A model generated the notes under the pieces. It searched no databases, was not told the origin of the DNA, and worked only from the letters and a program-made list of their open reading frames with translations. From Felis catus (Eukaryota): 64,000 bases of DNA. The position numbers were made by a program, and so were the translations under genes. The stretch covers positions 222,582,001 through 222,646,000 of the forward strand of contig NC_058368.1 in NCBI RefSeq assembly GCF_018350175.1, in the 5' to 3' direction. Below are positions 39,995-51,838 of the stretch, in pieces (positions within the stretch are counted from its first letter, which is position 1; each line of letters begins with the position of its first letter).

Positions 39995-40037
<43 letters not shown>

Positions 40038-40056
40038 GTCTGTCTTCTTTCTTTTC

Positions 40057-40107
<51 letters not shown>

Positions 40108-40112
40108 CTTTT
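39965..40112. repeat. (TTTC)n microsatellite
   Basis: Direct inspection. Confidence 0.95.
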
Positions 40113-40647
40113 TCATAACAGCAGTCTGACTTTTTCCTGGGATTTAACCCTCCTGCATATTGGTAGCATATTCTCATTACTTCGGTGAAGGGAATATCCT
40201 CTGAGTTCTTTGGGGGATAGCTGGTAGATTCTCTGTTCTTCTATAATTAATCCATTTAGTATGTCCAGCATGGTGAGCCTTTTGAACACATCCTCAATAC
40301 TCTAGACTGTTTTGGAATCTCCACCTAATTTGCCGGTAGCTATTAATTTTTCTAAGCTTTGTTAAAACAAAATTGCCCTGGGAAAAGCTAACCAGGTGAG
40401 AAAGGCTTTACTCAATGGTGCCACAATGGAGCATAAGCCTAAAATGCAGTCTGACTTCAACTGCATGGAAACAAAGGAAGGGAGAGTTTTTCAGAGCTGG
40501 GAAAAGGTGGAGGGTCTTAGGCCACTTGTGTTTGCTAATTGGTTGTACTCAAAGGATACACTGCATCTTAATGACTGGGGGCAGTTTTATATTTTGGAGC
40601 AAGGTGCCCACTACAGGAAATTAGTTTTCCTCCCTTCCTTAGGGACT

Positions 40648-40810
40648 GGGAAAAAGGGGAGTTATATCAAAAGATTCAAATTTCCAGTTATAAAATAAAT
40701 CATGGGATGTTATGTACAGCATGACAAATATAGTGAATAACACTGCATTGCATACCTGAACACTGCTAAGAGGGTAAATCTAAAAGAAGAAAAAAAGAAA
40801 CGAAAAAACT
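40648..40810 (+). mobile_element. L1M 3' UTR fragment
   Basis: tttccagttataaaataaatcatgggatgttatgtacagcatg...actgctaagagggtaaatct. Confidence 0.8.
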
Positions 40811-40824
40811 TAGAGGTTGGGGGG

Positions 40825-41050
40825 AGCATTATCTTTCTTGATGATTATAATTCAAAGGGATAGCTCCCAGGTCCTTAAAAAAGGCAGTTCTGGACCTTAG
40901 AACTGCCAAGAAGCTTTCAAAATGATTTACATCTCAAAGGGGCAAAGAATGAATTTTCAACTGGTTTTTAAAAGTGCCCTAAGAAAAGCTAGGTCAGGGA
41001 CCTGTAGTCTGGAAGAAGCTTATCTTATGTTAAATTGAGATGGGGAGTTA
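40825..41050 (-). mobile_element. ERV1 LTR fragment (MER31/MER67-like)
   Basis: gatagctcccaggtcc...atttacatctcaaaggggcaaagaatg...ctaagaaaagctaggtcaggg; probably continues left to about 40500 across the L1 piece. Confidence 0.65.
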
Positions 41051-41051
41051 A

Positions 41052-41570
41052 ATTGATTCCTAAGTATTTTATTCTTTTGATGCCGTTTTAAATGGGGCCA
41101 TTTTCTTAATTTCCTTTTCAAATTGTTCACTGTGTGTAGAAACGCAACTGATTTTTATGTTGATGTACCCTGCAACTTTAATGAATTTAAGCATTAGTTC
41201 TAACGGTTTTTATCTTCTGTGCAGTCTTCAGGATTTTCTGCATGCACGATTATGTCATCTGTAAACACAGATAGTTTATGTCTTTTCCAATTTGGATGCT
41301 TTTATTTCTTTTTCTTGACTGTTCTGGCTAGGATTTTCATACAATGTTAAATAGAAGTGGTGAGAGTGGGCATCCCTGCTTTTTTGTTCCAGGTCTTAGA
41401 AGAAAAAATTTCAGTTTCCTATCATTGAGTATGATGATAGTTGGGAGCTTTTCACATACAGCTCTTATCGTAGTGCGTAAGTTTCTTCTACACCTAATTT
41501 GTTGACAGTTTCTTTTCTTTTTTTATCAGAAAAATGGTTGCATTTTGTCAAATATTTTCTCTGCATCTAA
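41052..41570 (-). mobile_element. L1 ORF2 RT-region fragment
   Basis: tatgtcatctgtaaac...ttccaatttggatgc...gtggtgagagtgggcatccc (antisense RT motifs). Confidence 0.9.
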
Positions 41571-41588
41571 GTATTCTTAGCACAGACA

Positions 41589-41627
<39 letters not shown>

Positions 41628-42190
41628 GAGTGAGAGTAAGCTTCTAAAGGTGACAGATATGTTTATTGTGGGGGAACCTAATGAATGCAGGCCAGTGTGG
41701 GCAGTGAAAAAATTCACCCAGAACAAAATAAAGGAGATAGAAGTTTATTGAATACAATGTAAGGAAGCAGTGGGCAGGACAGCAAAGGAGAGACTCTCTG
41801 CCAAGAGTCAGGGGCGACGGGTGGGGGGTGGGGGGGTGCTGTATTTAAAGGGGGCAGTGAGAAGGTATGGGAATCTATGGAATTTTCCTTTTTTGGCACG
41901 TGTGCCCAGCTTTAAGTAGCCCATTGGTCGGCTATGGCTTATAGATATTTCGAGGTGAGTCGCCTAATAAGTCTGTCTGCATTCAGCCCAGTGGTCACTG
42001 TGGGCCCTGTCGCCTTACTCAGGTTTCCACTGTTCAAGCCTGTTGCCTAAAGGAGGCCTCTACATTTACGGCATAGATCGTGATGCTATTTTCACCGAAA
42101 TATACTTATCTCCAAACTTTTCAAGCTCCAAACATTGAATGTGTACAACTTTTGGTATGTCAATCATACCTCAATAAAGTGGTTGACAAG
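41628..42190 (+). mobile_element. L1MC-type 3' UTR split by an LTR
   Basis: ggtgacagatatgtttat / ggcatagatcgtgatg...gtcaatcatacctcaataaagtgg. Confidence 0.8.
41667..42064 (-). mobile_element. Complete ERV solo LTR (398 bp, family not assigned)
   Basis: TG...CA termini; 5-bp TSD tttat/tttac; minus-strand CCAAT, TATA-like tttaaata and AATAAA in U3-R order. Confidence 0.88.
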
Positions 42191-42543
42191 AAAAAGGAGA
42201 GAGAGAGAAAGAAAAAAATTATGAAGGGGATGTTAAGACTATCTTTGTCGGCATTAGCAGCACAGTAGAATCAGCTCATTGACAGGAGGCAGAACCCTGA
42301 ATATGGGGAGAGTACCCCTGGGTGTCAACAAACTCTCCCCTAATCAGTTTAAAATATCCTCCCCCTCCCAGTCCAAGATCCTCATGATCCATTTGCAGAC
42401 CTGCTCTCTTCTTGCCTGCCGATACATCTGAAGGTTCTGCAGTTCCTTCGGTGAATAATCCCTTTGTTAGAATAGCAAAGCCAGTGTTTATGGAGCCATG
42501 CCGAGACTTGACCCAAGGTATTGGTATAGGATGGTGTAGCTTA

Positions 42544-42716
42544 CAGCGTTATCTTTGAATCCGTAGCATTACCACCTATTAGCTTGTTAGAATGCATATT
42601 TATAATGCACCTCAATTTAGTAAATCAGAATTACTGGGGATGCGAAATGAGATACTTAATGTGAGCCATCTGTCCAGGTGATGTGTGCACACATAATAGG
42701 GTGAGACAAACACTGC
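42544..42716. mobile_element. MER5A-like hAT-Charlie MITE
   Basis: agcttgttagaatgca...aatcagaattactgggg...ccaggtgat...aacactg. Confidence 0.6.
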
Positions 42717-43544
42717 CGAGGGCAAACATTATCTAGTAATGCATGCACTTCCTCTGAGTTCGTTGCATCTTTTTTTTTCCCAGATAAAGGGAAGTCTTTA
42801 TTATATAACAAGGTGGAGGCATCGCTTCTGTTGCCTGGAGAAGTCAAACAAATTTGTGGGTTCAAGTTTCTTAAAAGCATCTGCCCATTTATCCCTGCCT
42901 CAGGTCTCAGGATCTCACCTCTTTCTATCACTATGAACACCTTAGTGTAAAATGTTCCCCAGGGCTGAAATTTTATCTGCTTTTATAAGTGGCTAACTTG
43001 TAAGAGGGAACTCGCTTTAAATAGGACAGCAACATTCTGTGACTTGATAGTTGGCCTAACTTGAGCCTGTCACATTTTTTTTCTTTTAAGGTTTTGATTT
43101 TAGTTAGAATCTTCTGATTATATCCTCACTCCTTATAATAATTTATAATTGTCATTTTCCAATACTGCTCAATACAGCCAAAGAGAAACCCATCTTCCTA
43201 TACTGCATCCAAATTCACCATATCTGAGGGTCTTAATACTTCACATGCTTATTAAGTTGAGTTCTTACTCCCTCACATTACAATTCCTGATCAGAGAATG
43301 ACACACTATTTGAATCCCAGAAGAAGAATCTGTTGGCTAGAGAACCACCTTAATACCTACTCTCTTTGTTTAGGTTTTCCCAAAATCAACCCTGAGACAG
43401 GAATTTAAATGTAAGTAGTTTGTTGGGAGATAATCTAAGAAATCATCAGTTTTGTGGGAAAGTTAGACCATCAACACATTCAAACACCTACACTACATCA
43501 ACTGAATTTTGAATATTTATTTAATCAGTGATTATACTCTATAT

Positions 43545-43759
43545 CAGGAGTCAGAAAATATGTTCAGGAAAGGTCCAGTGAATAGTTCAGGTTTTGCAGA
43601 CCAAATTAGCTCTGTCACAACTACTCAACTAGTCATTATAGGACAAAAGCAGACATAGATAATGTGTTGAATGATCATAGATGCTTACAATAATATATTA
43701 TTTCCAAAAAGACGTGATGGGCTGGACTTGACCCAGGGGCCATATTTCACCAACTTCTA
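43545..43759 (+). mobile_element. MER58A hAT-Charlie MITE
   Basis: ctctgtcacaactactcaact...gggctggacttgacccaggggccata; 8-bp TSD ctctatat / ctctatgt. Confidence 0.88.
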
Positions 43760-44751
43760 CTCTATGTCGGAACCTACTTGAGGACAGGAATGTGACTTTT
43801 CATCGGTATAACCTAAGTATCTAGCCAATGCTGAACACATGGATATTTATAGAGTAAATGAATAAAGTTTTTATGTGTTTAAAGACTCTATGGATGATTA
43901 CTTTGAGTTGATTTTTCCACTTACCCAGTTCGATGAACTTGAAAATCAGGTTGCTTTTTAAAATCTAAGCTTGAAACTAAAACCCAGGTTTGAGTCATCC
44001 ATAGTTGTCTATACAAAGGAGTAGCATTGCACCACCCAAACATGCTGGGCAGTAACCTAATTTACTCTATTGGCTTTTTTTTTTCTTTCTTCCTTTTTTT
44101 TTTAACTTTTTTTTTCTTTTTATGGTTTACTTTATGGCTTTTTTTTCTGTTGACTTTGATAAAAAATAAAACTTTCTTTAGTAGGTCAATTGTAAAGACA
44201 TAAAAAATAGATGATGTAGAGAGAGAGCTATATTTTGACTGATTACCACAACTCTCTCCAAGGTAGGAAGTTGGGGCTTCAAGGATTTAACCTCATTACC
44301 CTGATGACAAACAGAACACCCTTCTGATGCAATCATGTTTGCTAGATATTTCACCTTGTTCCTTCCTACTTTTTTTTTGTCCTACCTACTTTTGGTTGAA
44401 AAAGAATACATATAAAATGTATTATGATCCCATTCATAAAGTCCAACTACATGTAAAACTAAGCATTATACTATACAAAATGTGGACAGTAAATTTATAA
44501 AGAGAAGCAATGGGAAATTCAGTATGCAGTGTGTAAGAGAATAGTTAGAAGGAATCTTCAAAGGAACAGTGTATTCAATTATTAAACAGGAGGGTATGTG
44601 CACAGGTTTTCCTTACATTGTATTAGCACCTGATCTTTCTGTTACAAATGCTGCTTTGCATGCAATTCCTATATAATGAGAAAAGTATTTCCCCGAAGAT
44701 TTGTATATCTTCCTTCTTGGAAGTTGTTGAGTAATGTGGAATTCTACTCAC

Positions 44752-45006
44752 AACTAATCAAAACAATGCTCAGTCAAAATGAAGTATTTCCATGCCTGGA
44801 TTAGCAACTCTCGCAGATATTGGATATATGAAGAAAATTGAAGGAAACATTTTTTCCTCAAAACATATAGGAGATCAGTTCTAGATGTCGATTTTTTAGC
44901 TCTTTCTTCCACTGGACGATACAGCATCGTTGTTTCCTTTCCTTTCTGATTGAGGCTACGATTTGAACAACGTATTCACGCATAAATCCTGCATTGGCAC
45001 CTGCTC
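44752..45006 (-). other. Candidate exon
   Basis: Acceptor ttccttttctatatatgattccag; donor gtgagt at 44751-44746; six CpGs in about 100 bp; one frame open to TGA at 44858. Confidence 0.35.
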
Positions 45007-45631
45007 CTGGAATCATATATAGAAAAGGAAACATAGAAAACACAATTAAAAGCACAAGCATTTTAAGTTTACGTCTTCTTGATTTATTTAATATTACAAA
45101 CTATTTTTGTTACCCTGTTCATTATACAAGTAATATAAAACAGCAGCCTCTCATTGGTGAAATGTTCTTTATAGTAATTTAAAGAATAATTGCATACAGT
45201 CATGTGCTATATGTATTCTCTTTTGTAATAAAAAATGGTATTGAGCATAATTATAAGAATTAATGACCTTGCATTAGTGTAGCCTTAAATCAAGCAAAGC
45301 CTGTAAATTATTTTAATTGCAGCATCCAGTTAAAATATTTTGGTCAATGAGCCTTTACAAATTGTATTAAAATGTGCAAAAATAATTTCGCTGTGATATA
45401 TATCATGCTCACACACATTTATGATGACCGACTTTAAAATACAATCTTCCCTTCAACCTTTTCTTCTAGAATTATGTATGTATTTCTTAACTTTGAATTT
45501 AAGAAGTCAGACTAACTTCGGACTCTCTTGGCACTCCCTGAAGTGGTAAAAACATTGTACACTTTTTTTTCCTCATAAGCCTAACTAGTTCTCCAGTTAC
45601 TAAGTGAAACTACTGTCTCTGCCTATACTAG

Positions 45632-46145
45632 TGTGCTATTATTGAGTAACAAAATGCCACATTTAGCAGCTTTGAAAAGTACATATTTATTATCTCACAA
45701 TTGTCTTGGGGCAGGAGCCTCCCACATTTGAGCTAATCATCCATTTGGTTCCTTACAATGTTAACATCAAGATGTCAACTGGGTCTTTCTTTTTCTCCTA
45801 AGGCCTTGGGGACCTCTTCTAGGCTTACAAGGTTGTTGGCAGAATTCAGTTCCTTCTGGCTATGGGACCAATATCCCCATTTTCTTTCTCTGTCTCCTGG
45901 GGAATGTTCTTAGCTTCTGGAAGCTACCCATAGTCCCTTGACATTTGGCCCAGAACATGGCAGCTTACTTCTACAAAACCAGCAAGAAAATCTCTCTCTG
46001 TTCAGTCAGGTAAGATGGCGTCTTCTATAACATACCATAATCACCAGAGTGACTATCTCACATTTTTGTGTCCAACTTACACTCATGGGTAGGTCCTGCA
46101 CCAGGGGCAGGAATCCTGTGGGCCATCTTAGAATTCTGCCCCCCA
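45632..46145 (-). mobile_element. MLT1 (F-like) MaLR LTR
   Basis: ggttgttggcagaattcagttcc...ggccatcttagaattctgcc. Confidence 0.8.
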
Positions 46146-48548
46146 TACTGTTCCAGTCACATATTTCAGCCACAAGCAGAAACTGGTCTCTCCTGGTCCT
46201 GAGAAAGTAACTTTTTGTCATAGTCGGCAACCAACAAACTGGAAAATGGTTAACATTTACTCTTGAATGAAATCAGGATTATCAGTGCAAGAATGAAGAA
46301 GGGTTTGAATAAGCCCAGAGAATTTCTGGTCACGAAACAATTTCTGATTTGTTATACCTCTGAATATTAAGCACGGACCATCTCATGATACCTGATCCCA
46401 TGTTCTCTCATAAAGCGGGCTATCCAAACTCGTGAAGATGTGGACACTGTTCCTTCTTATGATTTAATAAACATCTAGCCATGGCCCTAAGTAGGTTTTA
46501 ACTATAAAAGTGATCTTCTAGAAATGAAATTATTATCTATGCAGGACAATGTTCCACTTCATCACTCAATCCCCAAATCCCCTTTACATATTCACCTCAA
46601 AGCTGGTGAATGTTTGATAATCATGGAAAACTTGAGAAATATATTAAAAACTTTTACAATTCAAAACATATCCCCAAAATGAAAGAGATAGTACCATAGA
46701 CTCACAAAATGACAACCAGGGCAGCAGATAGCCAAGGTCAAAAGCAGAGAAATAAGGCCTTCCACCTGTTTTTCACATTAATATGGAATTCATTGGATGA
46801 TGCTACAAATGTAGCTAGATCTAGCCAAGGACATTTTTATCAGGTGTGATAAATTGTATCTGACCTGCTGGTACCACCCACTGAATATCTAACTTCATGT
46901 ATTTCAATAACTTTTCTGATAATCAACCACCTGGGCAACATTTGCAGTCTTTCAAGCTGTCACTTTGGGACATGAATTAGTGTTAGCATACACATAAATC
47001 ATTGCAGCAAGTCAAGAGGAACTGAAGCATAGTCGCCGGCTTCGAAATAGTCATATCACCAAGTAAATTGAGGAGATACATTAATTTAGTCAAAATAAAT
47101 AGATTTTACTTCTGACTTATTTATTAATTTTGAACATTTAAAAAAATCTAGCAAAATTGCTCTTCCTAAGACTAAAACCATTGCTGTTAAAAGTAAAAGA
47201 TTACCGTCGGAGACCAACTAAGCTTATAATAATGAGAACACTTGATAATGAGGCAGTAGCATCTTGAAATATCAAATTATTGAAAAGTAAGAGTGATTAT
47301 AATTATAGGCTGATGCTGTTATATCATTCTTTATGTGAGCCTTTGAACCAACAGCCTCAGAGGGATTAGAAGCAATATGGAAAGGGACGGAAAGCATCTT
47401 ATTTATTTCAAGTCATTTCAAAAACTTGTCAAAGTGATTTTGAAACTTTGTGTCCTTTGGGGAGAATTATTTTTTGAAACAAGATCTGAATAATACCTCT
47501 AAATAGCAAACTGTACTAGCTTCCTTAGAGAAGATTAGGCATAATACAAACATAATTGTTAGATTATTTATCTCCATGGTCCTACATGTTTGTATTCTAT
47601 ACCCCTTTCAAAAAATCTGCACTCCATTTCAGTTGTCATCCAGTGAAAATCAAAAATATTCATCAATACATTAAAATGAGTGACATGAGTCTCTCAATGT
47701 GCACTTAATTTTACAACTTTATTTAACGAGATATAATTGTATCTACAATATTTTTTTCTATTTTGGGAACATGATTTTAGAGACTTTATTTTCCAGTATT
47801 AAGATTTTAATGATTATGCTCTAGAGTTAGCTTCTGTTTTTGTAATAGGGCATATTTAATTTTGGATGACCTTATGAATATATATTTTAAAAATTTGTTG
47901 TTTCTGCAAAGCATGTCTATTTTAATAAAACTGTAAAATCAAATTTGTCCTTTAACAGGAGTTTTGATGAAGTTGCAAGTAAGAAGCCTCCATACATAAA
48001 AATACTTTAAAATTGTGTACAGGTAAGATGTTGCAAATAAGAAAAGGAGAATCATGATGATATCTACCTTTCAGATATGCTAGATTTCTTAGAGGTAAAA
48101 TAAATAATACTAATAATACAGTAATAGCTAGATTAGAATTAGGCATGTTGCACTGAGTTCCAAGATGTATTTTCTCTCCCCCTAGAGACCTCATAAAAGT
48201 AAACGTGGGTACAAGTTCATGCAGATAAGGAGAGGGGGTCTCTAGAGATAAAAAGGCAGAAAAGAGACAAGTGGTACCTCACAGAACAGACACCCCTGCT
48301 CTACATTCAAAATGTTCTGTAGCAAAAGGCAAGCTTAACAAAAAAGGGAAGAAGACTCAATAACAGTGAATCCAGCCCAGCAGACATCCCCAAATACAGA
48401 TGTACAGTTGTCCTAGATATCAATCAATCTAGCTTTGGGCAAGATGATAGAGGGCAAAAGGTAAAGGTGCAATGTGGAGTGGGGATGATACAATAGACCA
48501 GCTAATACCATAGAGAAAATATGGGAGCATAAGAAAGAAATAAACATT

Positions 48549-48758
48549 GGGGCACCTGAGTGGCTCAGTTGGTTAAGTGTCCAACTCTTGGTTTCAACTC
48601 AGGTCATGATCTCATGTTTTGTGAGTTTGAGCCCCGCATCAGGCTCTGTGCTGACATCATGGAGCCTGCTTCACATTCTCTCTCTCCCTCTCTCTCTGCC
48701 CCTCCCCTGCTCAAATTCTCTGTCTCTCTCTCAAAAATAAATAAAGTTAAAAAAAATA
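48549..48758 (+). mobile_element. Can-SINE
   Basis: TSD aagaaat(a/c)aacatt. Confidence 0.96.
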
Positions 48759-48992
48759 AAGAAATCAACATTTATATAGAAAAGTATGCAGATGAATAAA
48801 TTAGGCAGTTAATAACTCAAGGAAAATGTATAAAAGAAGGAAAAGTGTATGATCATATTTGGTCTTTTGTAGAATGATATTTACATTGACATAATCATGT
48901 AAATACTGAATATTTAAGTAACATACACATTTTCCTATAATTAGAGAGTAGGAGAGGGACAGTGATGAAATATTAAAGAACTCAGTCCTTAG

Positions 48993-49680
48993 TTGTATTA
49001 CTTTTCTATTGCTGCCATAACAACTGATCACAAACTTAGTGACTACAAACACAAAACAAAATAAAACAATCCACATAACCTTACAAAAACACCACACACT
49101 TATTTTTGTGGTTCTGTAGGTCAGAAGTCCTAGTGGCCCCAGCTGATCTTCTACTTTAGATTTACAAGGCTGAAAACAGAGTGTTGGCAGTCATTCATAA
49201 CTCTCTGGAGGCTTTGGAAAAGAACTAGCTTCCACATCTATTCAGGTTGTTGGCCAAATGCAATTCTTTGTGGTTGTGAGAATGAAGTATCTGTTTTATT
49301 GCTGGTTCTTAGCTGGGCTTTGTCCTTAGCTCCCAGTGGCCTCTCCAATGGCATGTGGTGGTCCTACCACCATTTGCTCTGTCAGTCCATAGGGACTGTT
49401 ACATAACTGCCTGCATTTGTTTCCTATTGTGGTGGCCAACACTACAAATGTAGTGACTTAAAAAAATACTACCAATTTATAACTTGAAGTTTCTGTAGGT
49501 TAGAAGGATGGATATCACTGTTAAAACATCAAGATGTCCATCAGGATGTCATTCCTTAGAGGAGCTCTAGAGTAGAATCTATTTCCTTGTCTTGTCCAGC
49601 TTCCTGAGGCCCCCACATTCATTGGCTCATGGTCCGCCTCCTCCATGTTCAAAGCCAGCAAGAGCTGATGAGTTTTACAC
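48993..49680 (-). mobile_element. Two adjacent MLT1 LTR fragments
   Basis: tgtattacttttctattgctgccataacaa at 48994; second tttcctattgtggtggcc...ggagctctagagtagaatc from about 49412. Confidence 0.78.
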
Positions 49681-49685
49681 ACACG

Positions 49686-49730
<45 letters not shown>
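49676..49730. repeat. (CA)n microsatellite
   Basis: Direct inspection. Confidence 0.97.
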
Positions 49731-49732
<2 letters not shown>

Positions 49733-51249
49733 TATGAACTTTCTCTGCTCTACTGAATCATTTAAGCTTCTTTATCTTCACCCCAGTTTCTGGAATATTG
49801 TTGCCATCTATTGCGCTCTGTTGTATCTCCTCCCATGCACCTTGACCTTGATGTAATTGTATTTTTATATACCTTAAAAAAAAAGGAGAAAATATCTATA
49901 ACTACATGCTTAGAGTTTAACTGAAATTTTTCATTTGATTTTAATTCTCCTGATTTATTACCATCTAATGGTATAGCTGGTCTCACAATTCCATATTTAG
50001 TTATGGCCCTACTTTTTTTTAATTCCTTAAGCGTTATTTAACTAAATAATATAAATATTTTGGCTTATGTTTCCCCTGAAAATGAAAGGGTTGTGAACTT
50101 AGACATGTATGTGTGTGTTTGTTCTACTTTGTATCAACTTCTAATGTCATTATGTGAACATGGCTGAATAAGGGCTGTAGCTTATTCTTTCCTTGAACTG
50201 CATCAAGGTCTCCTTTGCAACTTTGCATTTTTTTACTGCTTGTTTGAAAGTTGTATTATTATTATTAATATTACTATTTCATGTATTGATTTCAAAATAT
50301 ACAACCCTTAGTTCCTATCACCCCTCTTTATTTTATTGCATCAATTTCTCTGTGATTCCATCATATGAATTTTTTTCTAGACTTCTCCAAATATCAGTAG
50401 ATACTAATTATAAAACTGCAAAGGTGGTTTAATATTAGAAAACCATTAACACGTTTCATGATTCCCATAAAGAAAAAAATCATGTCGTCTCCACAGTGGA
50501 ACAGTGGATATTCCATAACATGATAAAATATTATTTCAGCACTAGAATCCTAATTCTACTCAAAGTAGATTTTGGTAGAGAATTTTCTGATGGCCTGCAT
50601 GTATGTATTTTTAGTTCACCTTTGTGGTTAAAAGTAATTATTTATGAAATTCTGTTGTTCAGTAATTTTAACATATTATACGACTTCCTGCATCCAGCCA
50701 CATTGCTATAATTTTGGATATACAACTAGCTCTATTGTGGATGGTCAGCTTTTCTCCTTGGATACTTTTTAAATTTATTTTGTCACTGATGTTCCTGAAT
50801 CTCAGTAATATGCCTAGATTTGTCTAGTCTTTTTCTCTCAGATACTACTGAACTATCTATCATTCATTTTAGTTGATGATGATATATTTCTTACATTCTA
50901 TGAAATGCCCAGTTATTATTATATTATATATTTTTTTCATCTGGGACTGTTGTTTTATGAATGATGATATTTCTACCTATATCCTTTCCCTCACTTATTT
51001 TTATATTAATGTTTTTACTTCTGCCTTTGTTCTTGATGCCCTTTTTTTCTTTTCTAGAACAAGTATATTTCTGCTTTTATTCATATGAAATCGGGTTATC
51101 TTTCTCTCTCTGTCATCTCTCTCTCTCTCTCATTTATCTATCTATCTATCTACTTATCTATCTAGATATTTTTGGGTGGTATTGAAAATTGACACCCAAT
51201 ATGTGCTTATCTGGATGAGATTATGAGGAAGGAAATATAATGCCCTCCC

Positions 51250-51555
51250 GTTAGATACCAAGCCACTCTTTGACAAGATTCTGCCTGGTCATATTCTTTT
51301 AAATTGAACCTTCCCAAACCCAGTGCCCTTGATTTCACTTTTCATATTTATTTTAACTCATTAGCAGTTATTATCATATAATATACTATATTTTATTCAT
51401 TTATTATATTGCATTGTATATTTCTTCCTAATAGATTGTAAGATTCATGAGGACAGGGTGTTGTTTGTCACTCTTTTATTCCCAGCCCTTAGATTGTTGC
51501 TCAGCACATAGTAGGTACTCAAGAAAGGTTTGCTGGTTCAATACTTACATAAATG
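51250..51555 (+). mobile_element. L2 3' fragment
   Basis: tagattgtaagattcatgaggacaggg...gcacatagtaggtactcaa. Confidence 0.8.
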
Positions 51556-51633
51556 AGCTTACTACATATAAGCAAATTATCCTCCCAATTTTATAGGATA
51601 ATTTATAATGAATTTCAAGAATATTTACTGTGC

Positions 51634-51838
51634 GGGGTGCCTAGGTGGCTCAGTCAGTGAAGCATTTGACTCTTGTGTTCAGCTTGGATCCTGATGTCAC
51701 TTTTGTGAATTTGAGCCCTGTGTCTGCCTTTGCACTGGTCCCACAGAGCCTGCCTGGAATTCTCTCTTTCTCCCTCTCTATTCGCCCTTCCTCTGCTCAC
51801 GCTGTCTCTGTCTCTCTCAAAATAAAAGAAAAGAAAAA
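51634..51838 (+). mobile_element. Can-SINE
   Basis: TSD aatatttactgtg. Confidence 0.95.

Noticed and set aside
39922..40188. KERK-rich and SFFL-rich ORFs
   Set aside because: Translations of the (GAAA/TTTC)n microsatellite.
40396..40698. 100-aa ORF
   Set aside because: GTG start, runs across LTR-like and L1 3' UTR sequence, and has no recognisable domain or splice context.
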